Made by a program: the position numbers and the translations under genes. A DNA stretch of 57,115 nucleotides, the filler included, from Dugesia japonica (lineage: Eukaryota), in assembly GCA_001938525.1 (NCBI GenBank). It is 6 parts of 6 records of this genome, joined end to end, with 100 filler letters (N's around TTAATTAATTAA, not from the genome) between each part and the next. Parts side by side here need not be neighbours in the genome. Positions count along the whole stretch, not along the records: positions 1 to 9,281 come from MQRL01641712.1; positions 9,382 to 20,034 come from MQRL01549477.1; 4 more parts are not named here. One strand, written 5' to 3'. The notes beneath the pieces were generated by a model, which saw only the letters and a program-made list of their open reading frames with translations, did not search any database and was not told the DNA's origin. Below are positions 1 through 11,100 of the stretch, one piece after another. Every line of letters starts with the position of its first letter. Position 1 is the first letter of the stretch.

Positions 1-401
1 TTTTTTACTATTTTTAATAATTTATTTTTATACAGCAAATTATAAATATTTGAAAATAATAGTAATAATAAAATAAATTAATAATATTGGATAATATGTT
101 AAAATGGAATGCTCGTCCATTAAAACAATAGGAAACCTCACACTTTTGTATCAAAATGTACAAAATTATAAATACTGATAACTTGATTGGACCACAAATG
201 CTCAACAAACACAACANNNNNNNNNNNNNNNNNNNNNNNNAATTAAAAACTCAACGTGTCTATTAAATTCATTGATTTAAAAACAAATTACAATTGTGCT
301 GCATCATTGAATATTGAAGTTATCATTTTCAAACGAAAATTTGTTTTAAAAGCTTTCGTTTTGTTACAAATCGGTATTTCTCCCTTTTAATTAAATTCCA
401 A

Positions 402-1529
402 ATGGTAAATGAAAAAACTACAGAATATCTGGTAATTTCTCTATTATCAATGCTAATCAGCATGGCATTTACATTCATTATTGTCGGAACAGTGATTTTA
501 GTTTGGATATTGATTAAAAAACAAAAAAATAACATTGTTGAAATGGATTTAGATTTTCAATTGAAAAACAAAATTTCAAAAAAATTCCGAGGACTATTTA
601 CAAAATGTAGATTAAGTTACGATACATTTGTGTTTTACGATGAGCAAAATTGTGTAATCAAATATAAAATAGTTCATTTTCCAGCTGTAACCAATGAGAA
701 ATTATCAATCAAACTGGAATGGATAAAAATAGGCGGATCAAATGATTTAATTAAAACACAATTATATGATTTCCATCAAATTTATTTTCGAATTCTACTG
801 AACAATAAATTAACAAATAGTATAATCGTGTCGGATAAATATCTTTTCAAAAACCATATTAATATTGATGAAACTTTTATTTTTCAAATACAGAAACAAC
901 TTTTAGAAAACACNNNNNNNNTTATAGAAGCTTTTGCTAATTTTAAAAATCGAAATGACGAATTTTTTATTGGTTGGATAGAAGTAGAATTCTTAGAATG
1001 TCCTCCGTTCTTGTTTATAGAAAGAGAGGAAAATTTAATTATTCCAGATCGAATAACTGATTTGTATTTCAAATCAATTGGTTATTTATGCGTATCTCTA
1101 TCTTATTCTACAAATGAAATAAAACTTGGTTTATTAGCTACAACATATTTGGATCCAGGAATAAATGCATTGAATTTGGAAAATTTTAAATTGTATTTTA
1201 TTGTTAAATCAGAAAACCAAAATCAAAATTATCAAAAAGAACGAAAATACTCCATATATAAATGGTTCAANTCTACGATAATTTGGAATGAGATTTTTAC
1301 TTTCAATTTTATTCCTGATTTAAAGTCTGACCATAGAATTACAATTGATTTATGGAAAATCAATTCACTAGGATCGATTGCAACAAATAGTCCAAAGAAA
1401 ATCGGATCAATAAAATTCGGGTCTGGATCATCATTCAATAAAAAGGCAGAAGATCACTGGGAAAGTATTTTTCTCAATGAAAATAAAGAAATTNTAAAAT
1501 GGCATTCAATCAACATTGATAGCAAATGA
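402..1529 (+). CDS. Divergent synaptotagmin-like protein (N-terminal TM, C-terminal C2B-like domain), intronless
   Basis: 375-aa ORF. N-terminal hydrophobic helix followed by a basic stretch (…FIIVGTVILVWILIKKQK). The C-terminus follows the synaptotagmin C2B pattern: GYLCVSLSY…IIWNEIFTF…ITIDLW…KIGSIKFG…HWESIF…KWHSI. Confidence 0.75.
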   Translation: MVNEKTTEYLVISLLSMLISMAFTFIIVGTVILVWILIKKQKNNIVEMDLDFQLKNKISKKFRGLFTKCRLSYDTFVFYDEQNCVIKYKIVHFPAVTNEKLSIKLEWIKIGGSNDLIKTQLYDFHQIYFRILLNNKLTNSIIVSDKYLFKNHINIDETFIFQIQKQLLENXXXXIEAFANFKNRNDEFFIGWIEVEFLECPPFLFIEREENLIIPDRITDLYFKSIGYLCVSLSYSTNEIKLGLLATTYLDPGINALNLENFKLYFIVKSENQNQNYQKERKYSIYKWFXSTIIWNEIFTFNFIPDLKSDHRITIDLWKINSLGSIATNSPKKIGSIKFGSGSSFNKKAEDHWESIFLNENKEIXKWHSINIDSK

Positions 1530-1615
1530 TTTCAAAATAATTTTTATTGTTAGTTTTTGAATGAAAATATAGATGATTTTACATTATTAAGTTGAAACAC
1601 AAAATAAATTGCATA

Positions 1616-2061
1616 CAATGTTCCCTCTAATTTTTTATGGTAACGCCTGGAAAAAATGTTACTTGGGCAGCTTTTTTAAAGTTTGGGAAAATTTGGACGC
1701 TCATAATTTTCTTTTTATTAACATTAGATATAGACGAGACAATAGAACAATTTTATTCAAACCAAAGAACTTTAAAATAAAGCATACAATATCATCATTG
1801 CGTTTTTGATTATTGTAATTGTGAATAATTACACAGGTGTTATGGCTAGTAAATTATTAATTTTGATATTTATAATTTAAAAGACTAATTTTAATTGATA
1901 AATGTTGTTTTTAGAAAAAATAAAATTTAAATAATGTTTTTAAATGAGTTCAAATTACATTTTTATCATACTATATTCTATGTGTGGAAAATATTTTTTT
2001 TGAGCTGAAGTTTTNCGAAATTTGCGCGACCGTGTATGCGCGCAGCTTAGAGGGAAAATTG
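1616..2061. mobile_element. hAT-superfamily non-autonomous element (MITE)
   Basis: TIRs CAATGTTCCCTCTAA / TTAGAGGGAAAATTG. 8-bp flanks ATTGCATA (1608-1615) and TTTGCATA (2062-2069) match 7/8, consistent with a hAT TSD. Confidence 0.8.
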
Positions 2062-2279
2062 TTTGCATATTTATTAATATTACAATATAAAAACTGAATT
2101 GGTCTAATATAGAATAGGTTAAATTATGATATAATAATTTGAATTTCGATTATTACATAAAGAACAATTATCTTCTGAAGTGATTAAATGTAGGAGCTAC
2201 CTGACACAAATATAAATACATATATATATATTACTTAAATGATAAATTAAATAATATTGATCTGTTAATAAACAAACTA

Positions 2280-3580
2280 TACTATTTTATTTTCAATATG
2301 AGAACAGTAATTTTTAAAATTAACATATTAAAATAAGAAAAGTAAGCCTTGTGTTTTCAATAAATCGTTTAAAATTTATTTAAATTTATTGTAAATTTAA
2401 TAGTACAATTGAAAGGTCACAAAAATGTATAAGAAAAATTTTAAAAAGTTGATAAAGAATCTAAGAAAAACAAATACTTGCCGTGTCAAGCATGGATGGA
2501 GACCGGAGAGGACTTACACGCACGCTTAACAGTACGTCGTTGGATATCAGAGGGAGAAACATTAAACAAGCGAGGAAGGAAAAGACTTCAAAAAATTACA
2601 GAAATTCATTTAGGTTATTTTGTCGAAAAAATCGAAAGAAACAGCCGAATTCCATTAACTGATTTCATTGTTGTATTTTAAGAAAAATTTAACGTTTCTA
2701 TTTCATAAACAGTAATATCAAAACATCTAGATTCTCTCTGTTATTTGCTGAAATACGCAAAGTTTGAACCTGAAAAGCGAAACTCCATGAGAACAAACAA
2801 AAGCAAAAAGAGTTCGTTGAATGTCATTTGGAATTTCAAGCTCAAAATAAACCTATTTTGTACATGGATGAAACGAACTTAAATTTTCATATTTCAAGAA
2901 CACGGTGCAGAAAATTGAATGGAACAAGATGCACTATTTTAGCAGCTGTCTCAGAAGATGATAATATTGATATAATAGACTGCATAAGCACGATCGGAAT
3001 TATTCATTATGAAATAAGAAGAGGTTCGTTACACAAAGAAAATGCAAATGCATAGATGGAAACCTGCCTTCATCAAGCAATGGTTAAACATGGTGAGCCA
3101 GTTGTTATGGTAATTGATAATACACCTTATCACAGTAAAATTGAAGAAATTTTTGCAGGAACAGGAATTTCGTGAAAACAGGATAATCAGACTTGAACCC
3201 TATAGTCCAATGTTTAACCCCATTGAAAATGTTTGGCCTGTTGTAAGGAGTTATATTAAAAGAGAACTCTCAAAAAAGTTGTCAAGTATTCTTAATAGCA
3301 GAAGCGAATTAACAATCAGAAAACAGAGAGTAAGAGCCTTAGAAAGCTTTATTGAAGAAGATCTGCAGACAATTACACCAACCATATGAGCCAATCTCAT
3401 CGCAAGTATTCAAAGAAAATTCACTGTGGTTCTTAACTTAGAAAACAAACAATATTAATGAATTTATGTAAAATATTTAATATTAAATTCATTGTTTTAA
3501 ATCGAAATAAAAATTCACATTTTAAAATTTCTTATTCTTATATTAAAGTTTACTATTCTCATTTTGAAAATAAAATGGTA
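2280..3580 (+). mobile_element. Full-length but decayed IS630-Tc1-mariner DNA transposon (DDxE, spacing about 35)
   Basis: TIRs TACTATTTTATTTTCAATATGAGAACAGTAA / TTACTATTCTCATTTTGAAAATAAAATGGTA with TA on both sides. Fragmented transposase at about 2478-3450: ILYMDETN, VMVIDNTPYH, LEPYSPMFNPIENVW, with frameshifts and stops. Confidence 0.9.
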
Positions 3581-6500
3581 TACAATCCATACAATATGAT
3601 TTACATGTAATGTTTTTATTTGTTAATTTAAATTAATTAATTTATTATTATATAGTTCACTCAAAAATTCCAATCAGAAAACACAGATTTATTTGAAATA
3701 AATATTACTTTGACATTGTTTTACTATTTATTTAATATTGGTCGTTAAAATTGCCCAGAGATATCAGATATGCCTGGAGAGTAATTAATACACACTAGCG
3801 CTTTCTTTTATTCCTTAACTGCGTACACATTTTAACTATGTTTGTACAGTATGCGTAGACATTTTGTACATACTTGTTTGATTTAAAAAAATATTTTTTC
3901 ATTTCATTTCAACAGGATTAGGTTTCGTGATTTTTAACCATCATATTCTTGATCAGTATAAAATACTCTATCGAACTGATGGGTTAATGATGAAATTTGA
4001 GAAGAAAATATTTTTTTCGTAAAAACAAAATTTTTTCACAAATGATCTCGAGGAAATTTTCAGCGTACTGGTATAAAATTTTCATGTTTGGAAAACAAAA
4101 ATCATTTATTATACACACATATAAATTACATAATTTACTGTATACGTTTATAGGCCACTGTATAACTTTATAGGCTACTTTATATTATTACGTCAGTGGG
4201 GGTTGGTGGCCCATTGCGTAAGTACTCCTCTCCTATGGTGCGACGATTAAATTTGTCTTCAGTAAAGTTATTGTTAACCATCGATTTCACAGCATCTCGG
4301 TAATATGTATTCACCACCGATTTTGTTTTTCTCTTTCATTTGTCCAGAGAAGACATTATATTAAATCGATACAGCAAAAAATATTTTTTATAAACTTTTT
4401 TATAAAATGTTAAAGGTTTATTATTATTAAGAATAAAGCTAAGGTAATAATTACAACTACAACAAATTATTCACATGCATAATAACTTAGTGAGACAGCA
4501 GATTCGCAGGTTGTTCAACCTATAGAAATGAAATTTTCATCGCCAAATCTGTCTGGTTGAGAGGTTCGATCTACGTAGGACTGAATAAATGCTTGATTAG
4601 TTGGATTGCGTTGAGCAGATGCTCTATTATTACCTATTAAATAGCGCATTTTCAAAGCCTCGCGTACATGAGTTTCCGGAATCTATACCTGAAACAGTTG
4701 AATTATAATGCAATATTAGATCTTTATGTAGGATAATTTTTTATTCATATAATAAGTGAAGGGCCTTCTTCATTGTTTGATAACCGATCTCAGACTTAGC
4801 CTGGTCTCCATCAAAAGCCGGTCTGAAAATATTAATTCACTTGGATATTAGAAATGTGCTTGCAGCTTAATAACATTTAGTGCAATTTCTCCTATTACTA
4901 GTTTTACCGCTAAAGTAAACTTTTAGAACTCAATATAAAGGCAAAATCGAAAGATCACGGCTTCAAGCTTCCATCTAAAAGAATGGGAAATTTAACAGTT
5001 TTATTTTATTATCACACTATTGTGCTTCATTTCCATATTATGGCAACCTATATTATAATGAACAAGACTTCGTAATTTTAGTTCAATCTTATCCAATCTC
5101 ATGATATAGTACATTTATTTCCATTTCAGACAACATTAAATTGAAATTTCTCTATGAATCAAAGTTTTGAGATTATACAACAATAGATAAAGAATAAAAT
5201 TCCGAGATTTGAGAAGATAATATGAAATTTTAAGCTGTTTGTAACCGAATTCAGATTTTTTATTCTAGTTATAGCCGAAAAAAAAATCATAAAAGCATTG
5301 TTAGATATTGTGGCAGATTTTCCAACTAGAGGCGATTGATTTATTAATTAAAAAAATGCTCTATTCTGAATTTATTCTCATTAATTTATTAAATCCAGTT
5401 ATTTAAAAATACTCAAAAGTTATTGTGAAAATTCATTGATACAGATTTTCTTCAATCTGATATACAGTTGACTTTTCCTCAACTTTTTAAATTTGAGTCG
5501 GCAAGGAGAATTCTTCAATTCTAGATCACATTTGTTGATAATGGATATTACAATGAATTTTTAAATTTAGAAATCCAAAAACTTTTAAAAGTGTTATTTT
5601 AAAAGTTTACAGATTAATATATAACTTTTTCAATTCTTCATTTGCATACTTATCTGCAAAATTTCCTCTTATTTTTAAAAATATTTTCTTCTATTAGTAA
5701 TCTATTTTTGCCTTTTTTTTATCGATTTCATTATCAACAAATTAATTATCATTTTTAAAAATTTATTTTCATTTGATTCTATTGATTTTTCAATAATTTT
5801 GATTATCTTATAAATTTTCTTGATTTCCAGTCTACTATTTTCATGTTTATTTTGTCTTTGAATAATTTCCCCATTAAATCGTCAAAGAGATACTCAAAAT
5901 CAGCTAAAATTAGAAATTATAAATTCGATTGTTGGTTAGTTCGAGCTGTGAAATACCTTCACGTATTGACCATATTAAAGTTCTGGTAGCTGATTTCCCT
6001 GCGACATCCGATCAGAGGTGCCAAGAAATGAGGTCTTCAGTCTGAAAATGGCTATGTTAATCTCGACGTGTTAAATATGTATAGTTCCCTTGATTAAGGT
6101 CGACTTTTGTTTAATTAAAACAATTCTTCATTTCTTACTATTATATCGTTACTGAATTATAAGATTCAAATTCCTCTCTCCGGTATTTTAACTCATCATT
6201 CATAACATGCTATTAAACATGCTATTTTCTATAAAACATGGAAATTTTCAATGTCATCATGGTAAGAATTTTGTTTTTTAGTCTAGCTAATGATAGCGTA
6301 TATTTAACATATGTACAATTGTATATAGAGTTCTAAAGTGTTAATTTAATTACGTGTATAAATGTATTACAGTTTACAATTTAATCAACTGATCCTACAT
6401 ATAATAATGAGGAATCCATGAATCTTTACAAAATAGGAGTTCGTAATGAATAAAGAGGCATTTACTACTTGAAATCGATGACAAATATAATTTAAAGTAT

Positions 6501-6792
6501 CTGTATTATATTATCCACATTGAAAATACNTTCATAAAATCTATATGAAAAAAGGAAATTTCGTCGAAGTAATACTCAGCATTTTCTTAAAAGTCAACAT
6601 TAACATAACTGTCGGTAATATGAGAAGTATGGGAAGTTTTTTTATCGTTTCTCAAAGGCCTAATTAAAGGAACGATTATTTCGATTTATCAGTTTTCTTC
6701 ATTTTAAAATTAAATTTCAGTATATAAAAAAAAGATTGTCAAAACTAAAAAAATCTGATAAGAAATACTGAAAAGAAGAAAATTTTTCACAG

Positions 6793-6829
6793 TTTGCCCC
6801 GGGCGCCGAAAACTCTAGTTACGCCACTG
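6793..6829. mobile_element. Orphan terminus of a hAT-like MITE
   Basis: GC-rich TTTGCCCCGGGCGCC…CTAGTTACGCCACTG, a common hAT MITE end (reverse complement CAGTGGCGTAACTAG). No partner end found. Confidence 0.5.
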
Positions 6830-6951
6830 TCATTAATTTACCGTTACAATTTATTTGATAAGAAAATTTAATGCGAATGTATATGCTGAATATTAAAGAT
6901 TTATTTTTGGTATTATAAATTTTTATTTCCATAAGTCACAAAGGAATGATG

Positions 6952-6968
6952 ATAATAATAATAATAAC

Positions 6969-7018
<50 letters not shown>
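6952..7018. repeat. (AAT)n microsatellite
   Basis: AAT array running into an N gap. Confidence 0.95.
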
Positions 7019-7223
7019 NNNNNNNNNNNNNNNNNNNNNNNNNNNNNNNNNNNNNNNNNNNNNNNNNNNNNNNNNNNNNNNNNNNNNNNNNNNNNNNNNN
7101 NNNNNNNNNNNNNNNNNNNNNNNNNNNNNNNNNNNNNNNNNNNNNATTATGTAATCCACATATAAAATAACTTTATAAAGTAAAAAGGAAATTACGTCGA
7201 AGTAATACTCAGAATTTTCGTAA

Positions 7224-7442
7224 GACAATTGCAATTATTGCGAGAATAATTGTTGGTCGTAACCATTGATCGTTTTTCAGAAATGATTAAAATAAAAGCT
7301 TCGATCAAAAATTGTTTTTTTTTTTGGTTTTTTGATAATAATTCTATATTTCAACTTTGTCTTCGTCAGGAATTTAAAAGTCGAAATATAGAATTATTAT
7401 TAAAATACCAAAAAAACAAATTTTTATCGAAGCTTTTATTTC
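7224..7442 (-). mobile_element. Palindromic Penelope-like/retrozyme-like element, copy 1
   Basis: 11-bp TSD AATTTTCGTAA (7213-7223 and 7443-7453). Inverted arms. Homologous to copies at 27.8-28.0, 30.8, 31.9 and 32.8 kb. Contains a hammerhead motif. Confidence 0.75.
7340..7374 (-). ncRNA. Minimal type I hammerhead ribozyme
   Basis: Minus strand AATTC-CTGACGA-A-GAC-AAA-GTT-GAAA-T-ATA-GAATT: stem I, conserved core, stem II with a G-U pair, palindromic AUAU stem III, AUA triplet. Confidence 0.75.
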
Positions 7443-7825
7443 AATTTTCGTAAAAGTCAATATTAAAATAAAGGTAATTTGAGAAGCATAGAAAATTTTT
7501 TTTTATTGATTGTTACAATTTATTAATTTTCTTCAAAAAATGTTTTTCCTTAAATAAGTCTGTTAAGAATATAATAAAAAACATTTAAATAAAAATGATA
7601 AAATAAATAAAATCAATTTTTTAATTTTACCAATAATTATCGGAAATAAAACTGTATTAAAAAGTGTAAAAATGAAATTTGTATTTGATTATTTTAAAAT
7701 TTAAATATTTGCCTATCAAAAATTTGTTTAAATTTTAAATTTATAAAAAGATTTAAAAAAGATTTAAATTAAAATTCTTTAAGTGTTAATTGTTTTCATT
7801 AAATTAGTAAATATAGAAATAAATT

Positions 7826-8455
7826 ATGGATTACGAAGAGAATCTACCGGTAAATAAATTTAAACATCCGGAAATTTGTTCAAAATCTTCAGCAAAAAAA
7901 GATTTCCTACGACCAAGAGATGAAAGAATTGATTTTGAAAAAAAAGTTAATACTTCACAGATCATTCCAAGAATTAATGGAAAAGCACGAGTTGGAGAAT
8001 ATTGTGAGATCTGTGAATATGCTGCTACTGATTCTGCAAATTATCTTGATCATATTAACGGTAAACAACATCAAAAAAATATGAATATGTCAATGAGAAT
8101 CCAACGGTCTACTGTAGAAGAAGTTCAAATCAGGTTTGACGCGAATCTATTAAAAAAATCAGGCAAATATCGAAATCTAACAGTTCAAGAAGTGGTAGAT
8201 ATTTTAAAGAAAAAGAATCTAAAGAAAGATCCTAAACACAATTGTAATAGTGATGAAGAGAAAGGCAATACTGACGTTCCGAATTGCGATATTGAAGAAG
8301 AGGAAGAAAAGATTAAGGATAAAAGACGAGAAGAAAGAAAAGCAGGGAAAAAGAGACGATTTGAACCAATTGAAAATAATGATTTAGACGATGATGATGG
8401 AATGACAGCAATTATGGGTATTCAAGGATTTGGTGGAAGTAAAAAAGGTCATTGA
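7826..8455 (+). CDS. ZMAT2: Zinc finger matrin-type protein 2 (Snu23 homologue, spliceosomal B complex)
   Basis: Hallmark segments LRPRDERIDFE, YCEICEYAATDSANYLDHINGKQHQKNMNMSMRIQRSTVEEVQIRF and C-terminal MTAIMGIQGFGGSKK. Confidence 0.93.
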   Translation: MDYEENLPVNKFKHPEICSKSSAKKDFLRPRDERIDFEKKVNTSQIIPRINGKARVGEYCEICEYAATDSANYLDHINGKQHQKNMNMSMRIQRSTVEEVQIRFDANLLKKSGKYRNLTVQEVVDILKKKNLKKDPKHNCNSDEEKGNTDVPNCDIEEEEEKIKDKRREERKAGKKRRFEPIENNDLDDDDGMTAIMGIQGFGGSKKGH

Positions 8456-8949
8456 ATTTGGTAATAAATGTTTCGTTTTGTCTTTAAGTATGTTTAAAAT
8501 GTACCCCTTTGAGTGCGATTTTATTTATTGTTTTTTTTTATGAAAATAAATAACTTCAAACAGGCCTCGAGAGAGGGGTTCAGGAGGTCTTTTGGACAGG
8601 GTTTCACTATGACCGAGGCCTCCAAAATGTATAGTTTAAGTAAACAAAAACTTAATTGTTTTAGTACATAGGTTCCTCGCATATGACGTGACCTGGGCTC
8701 CTCTAGAGCTCTTACAGGCCTTGACTTCAAGTATTACATTAATGAATTGTATTGATTGATTAAAAACACTTAATTAATTAATGCAAGAATTAAACTTGTT
8801 CAAAATCTGGACAAATTTGTAATGAAGTTTTCAATTTATAAATTGAACATATTGTTCGAAAGCATTCATTTCTAGTCTAAATAAGATAAATAAAATGTCC
8901 AATTATTATTTGATCTCAAAATGTTCATAAATTACTTTTTGATACCCTT

Positions 8950-9281
8950 TTTTAAAAAATTTCTGATTTTGTTAAGCAAAAAATGATTCCATGTACGTTT
9001 GTTTTCAAATTTTCGAGATTTTTTACATTTCTCATTAATTGCAACTCGTTTCTTCTTGTACAACATAGCATTTGTGGTGAATTTTCTCAAGGATCTTCGA
9101 ATCTACTTTGTCTTCTATTTCTTGTTTCTAACATCACAAAGACGTTCTCTCCTATTTTGAATTATCGAACCGTTCTAAACTGTCTTTCAAATTTACCATT
9201 TGTACTGTGATAGGGTTCGAAAAGCAAAATTTAATGTTTAGTTTTTCTTCTTTTCCACAATTTTATCATTGTGCTATCATT
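8950..9281 (-). mobile_element. Degenerate Ty3/Gypsy integrase C-terminal fragment
   Basis: Minus strand gives EPYHSTNGKFERQFRTVR* then FKIGENVFV…SRFEDP (core end plus GPY/F-like motif), internally deleted. Confidence 0.55.
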
Positions 9282-9381
9282 NNNNNNNNNNNNNNNNNNN
9301 NNNNNNNNNNNNNNNNNNNNNNNNNTTAATTAATTAANNNNNNNNNNNNNNNNNNNNNNNNNNNNNNNNNNNNNNNNNNNN
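9282..9381. other. Assembly linker N44-TTAATTAATTAA-N44 (also 20035-20134, 28934-29033, 38434-38533, 47681-47780)
   Basis: Identical 100-bp spacer with six-frame stops, five times in the window. Confidence 0.97.
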
Positions 9382-9573
9382 TTCAATTTCAAAGTATAAC
9401 ATTGAATTACAAATGTCAAGTGGATTTGTTGATTGTAAAGATTGAAATACTATTTTCCCCGAAGAATTTAATTTATTTAATGATGATGCTGATGGAGAAA
9501 TTATAAGTAAATCATTTTTAATTTATGTATGTAAAAATTGAATATTATCATCTAAATCTAACTTTACTTCCAT
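9382..9573 (-). pseudogene. Polinton/Maverick major capsid protein N-terminus (fragment, one in-frame stop)
   Basis: MEVKLDLDDNIQFLHT*IKNDLLIISPSASSLNKLNSSGKIVFQSLQSTNPLDICNSMLYFEIE resembles the Polinton MCP start (P…LN.SG.I.F……LDLSNS.LY.E). Cut by the linker. Confidence 0.55.
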
Positions 9574-10654
9574 CTTTTTCTTATAGTGTTTTTTTATGNN
9601 NNNNNNNNNNNNNNNNNNNNNNNNNNNNNNNNNNNNNNNNNNNNNNNNNNNNNNNNNNNNNNNNNNNNNNNNNNNNNNNNNNNNNNNNNNNNNNNNNNNN
9701 NNNNNNNNNNNNNNNNNNNNNNTAATTTATCATAATCAGTGACTTTTTTAGTTGTTGGAATAACATTGAGTTTTTTATTTTCAATTTTAACATTAGGACC
9801 TTCAAATCTTTCAATTAATGAAATAAATCTACCATTTGGTTTTCTATGATTATTTCTAGACGTATTAAATGTTAAAGTATTATATTCTATGTTCCACATT
9901 TTTAAATATTTCTTTACACTTTTCTCATTAACATTATTAATTTTTGAAAAGTTTTTTACTGAGTTATCTTTAAAATCATATTCTTTCATCATTTTATATA
10001 AAACTGTATCCATTTATTTAGATTTTAATTTAGCATGTGCTCTATCTACTCCAGTTTTATCTTTAAGAGCTGGAATACGAGTATATTTATCAAATAAAGT
10101 TTTTCTGTATTTATATTTTCAACATAAGCGCTATAACGTTTAGCACTCATTTTTAATTTTTTATTTTTANNNNNNNNNNNNNNNNNNNNNNNNNNNNNNN
10201 NNNNNNNNNNNNNNNNNNNNNNNNNNNNNNNNNNNNNNNNNNNNNNNNNNNNNNNNNNNNNNNNNNNNNNNNNNNNNNNNNNNNNNNNNNNNNNNNNNNN
10301 NNNNNNNATTAATAATTTTATCAATTAATATAAGTCGACTTTCACTTTCTACACATTTAGAAACAATAAAAGTTAATGTTGTTTTAAATAAATTTTTATT
10401 ATCTTCATTTAAATTAAAAACATCTAATCCTTTAAATGTTTCATTAAGAATATCTAAATGAGTTTTAGCAGTATTNCGTGATAGTTCATTATTTAAATAT
10501 TCTTTTATTTCATCTAAATTCGACTCATCAAATGTATCAAATTTCTTTATTGAATTTACTAATGTAAGTAAACCTAACGCACATAAAACTTTATTCTTAT
10601 CCCCCATTTTATATAGAATAAATTTAACGTTCACATAAAATATTTCCTCTTAAA

Positions 10655-11100
10655 TATTTCACCCAACTTTGAAAGAGTTACGCTCAACATTATTCATCAA
10701 ACATTTTTCACTTGACATCTTTCACTCTACATTTTTCACCCAACTTTGAAGGGTTAAATTTACCCTGAGTGAATGNNNNNNNNNNNNNNNNNNNNNNNNN
10801 NNNNNNNNNNNNNNNNNNNNNNNNNNNNNNNNNNNNNNNNNNNNNNNNNNNNNNNNNNNNNNNNNNNNNNNNNNNNNNNNNNNNNNNNNNNNNNNNNNNN
10901 NNNNNNNNNNNNNNNNNNNNNNNNNNNNNNNNNNNNNNNNNNNNNNNNNNNNNNNNNNNNNNNNNNNNNNNNNNNNNNNNNNNNNNNNNNNNNNNNNNNN
11001 NNNNNNNGGGTTACGCTCAACATTATTCACCCAACTTTGAAGGGTTACGCTCTACATTTTTCACCCAACTTTGAAGGGTTAAGTTTACCCTGAGTGAATG
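10655..11100. repeat. 34-bp tandem repeat CACCCAACTTTGAAGGGTTACGCTC(A/T)ACATT(A/T)TT
   Basis: Units visible on both sides of the N gap; period 11028 to 11062. Confidence 0.85.

Noticed and set aside
6923-7234. Poly-L/I/Y and X-rich ORFs here and at 10.7-11.1, 30.7-31.2, 34.1-34.5 and 35.7-36.1 kb
   Set aside because: Artefacts of microsatellites and N runs.
8500-8738. TG…CA bounded segment as an LTR of the adjacent integrase fragment
   Set aside because: No polypurine tract or TSD; unsupported.
9326-9337. TTAATTAATTAA recurring about every 9.5 kb as a biological motif
   Set aside because: Always centred in exactly 100 bp of N padding, so it is an assembly linker.
10655-11100. 34-bp repeats as a CRISPR array
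   Set aside because: Units are contiguous with no unique spacers, there are no cas genes, and the context is eukaryotic.
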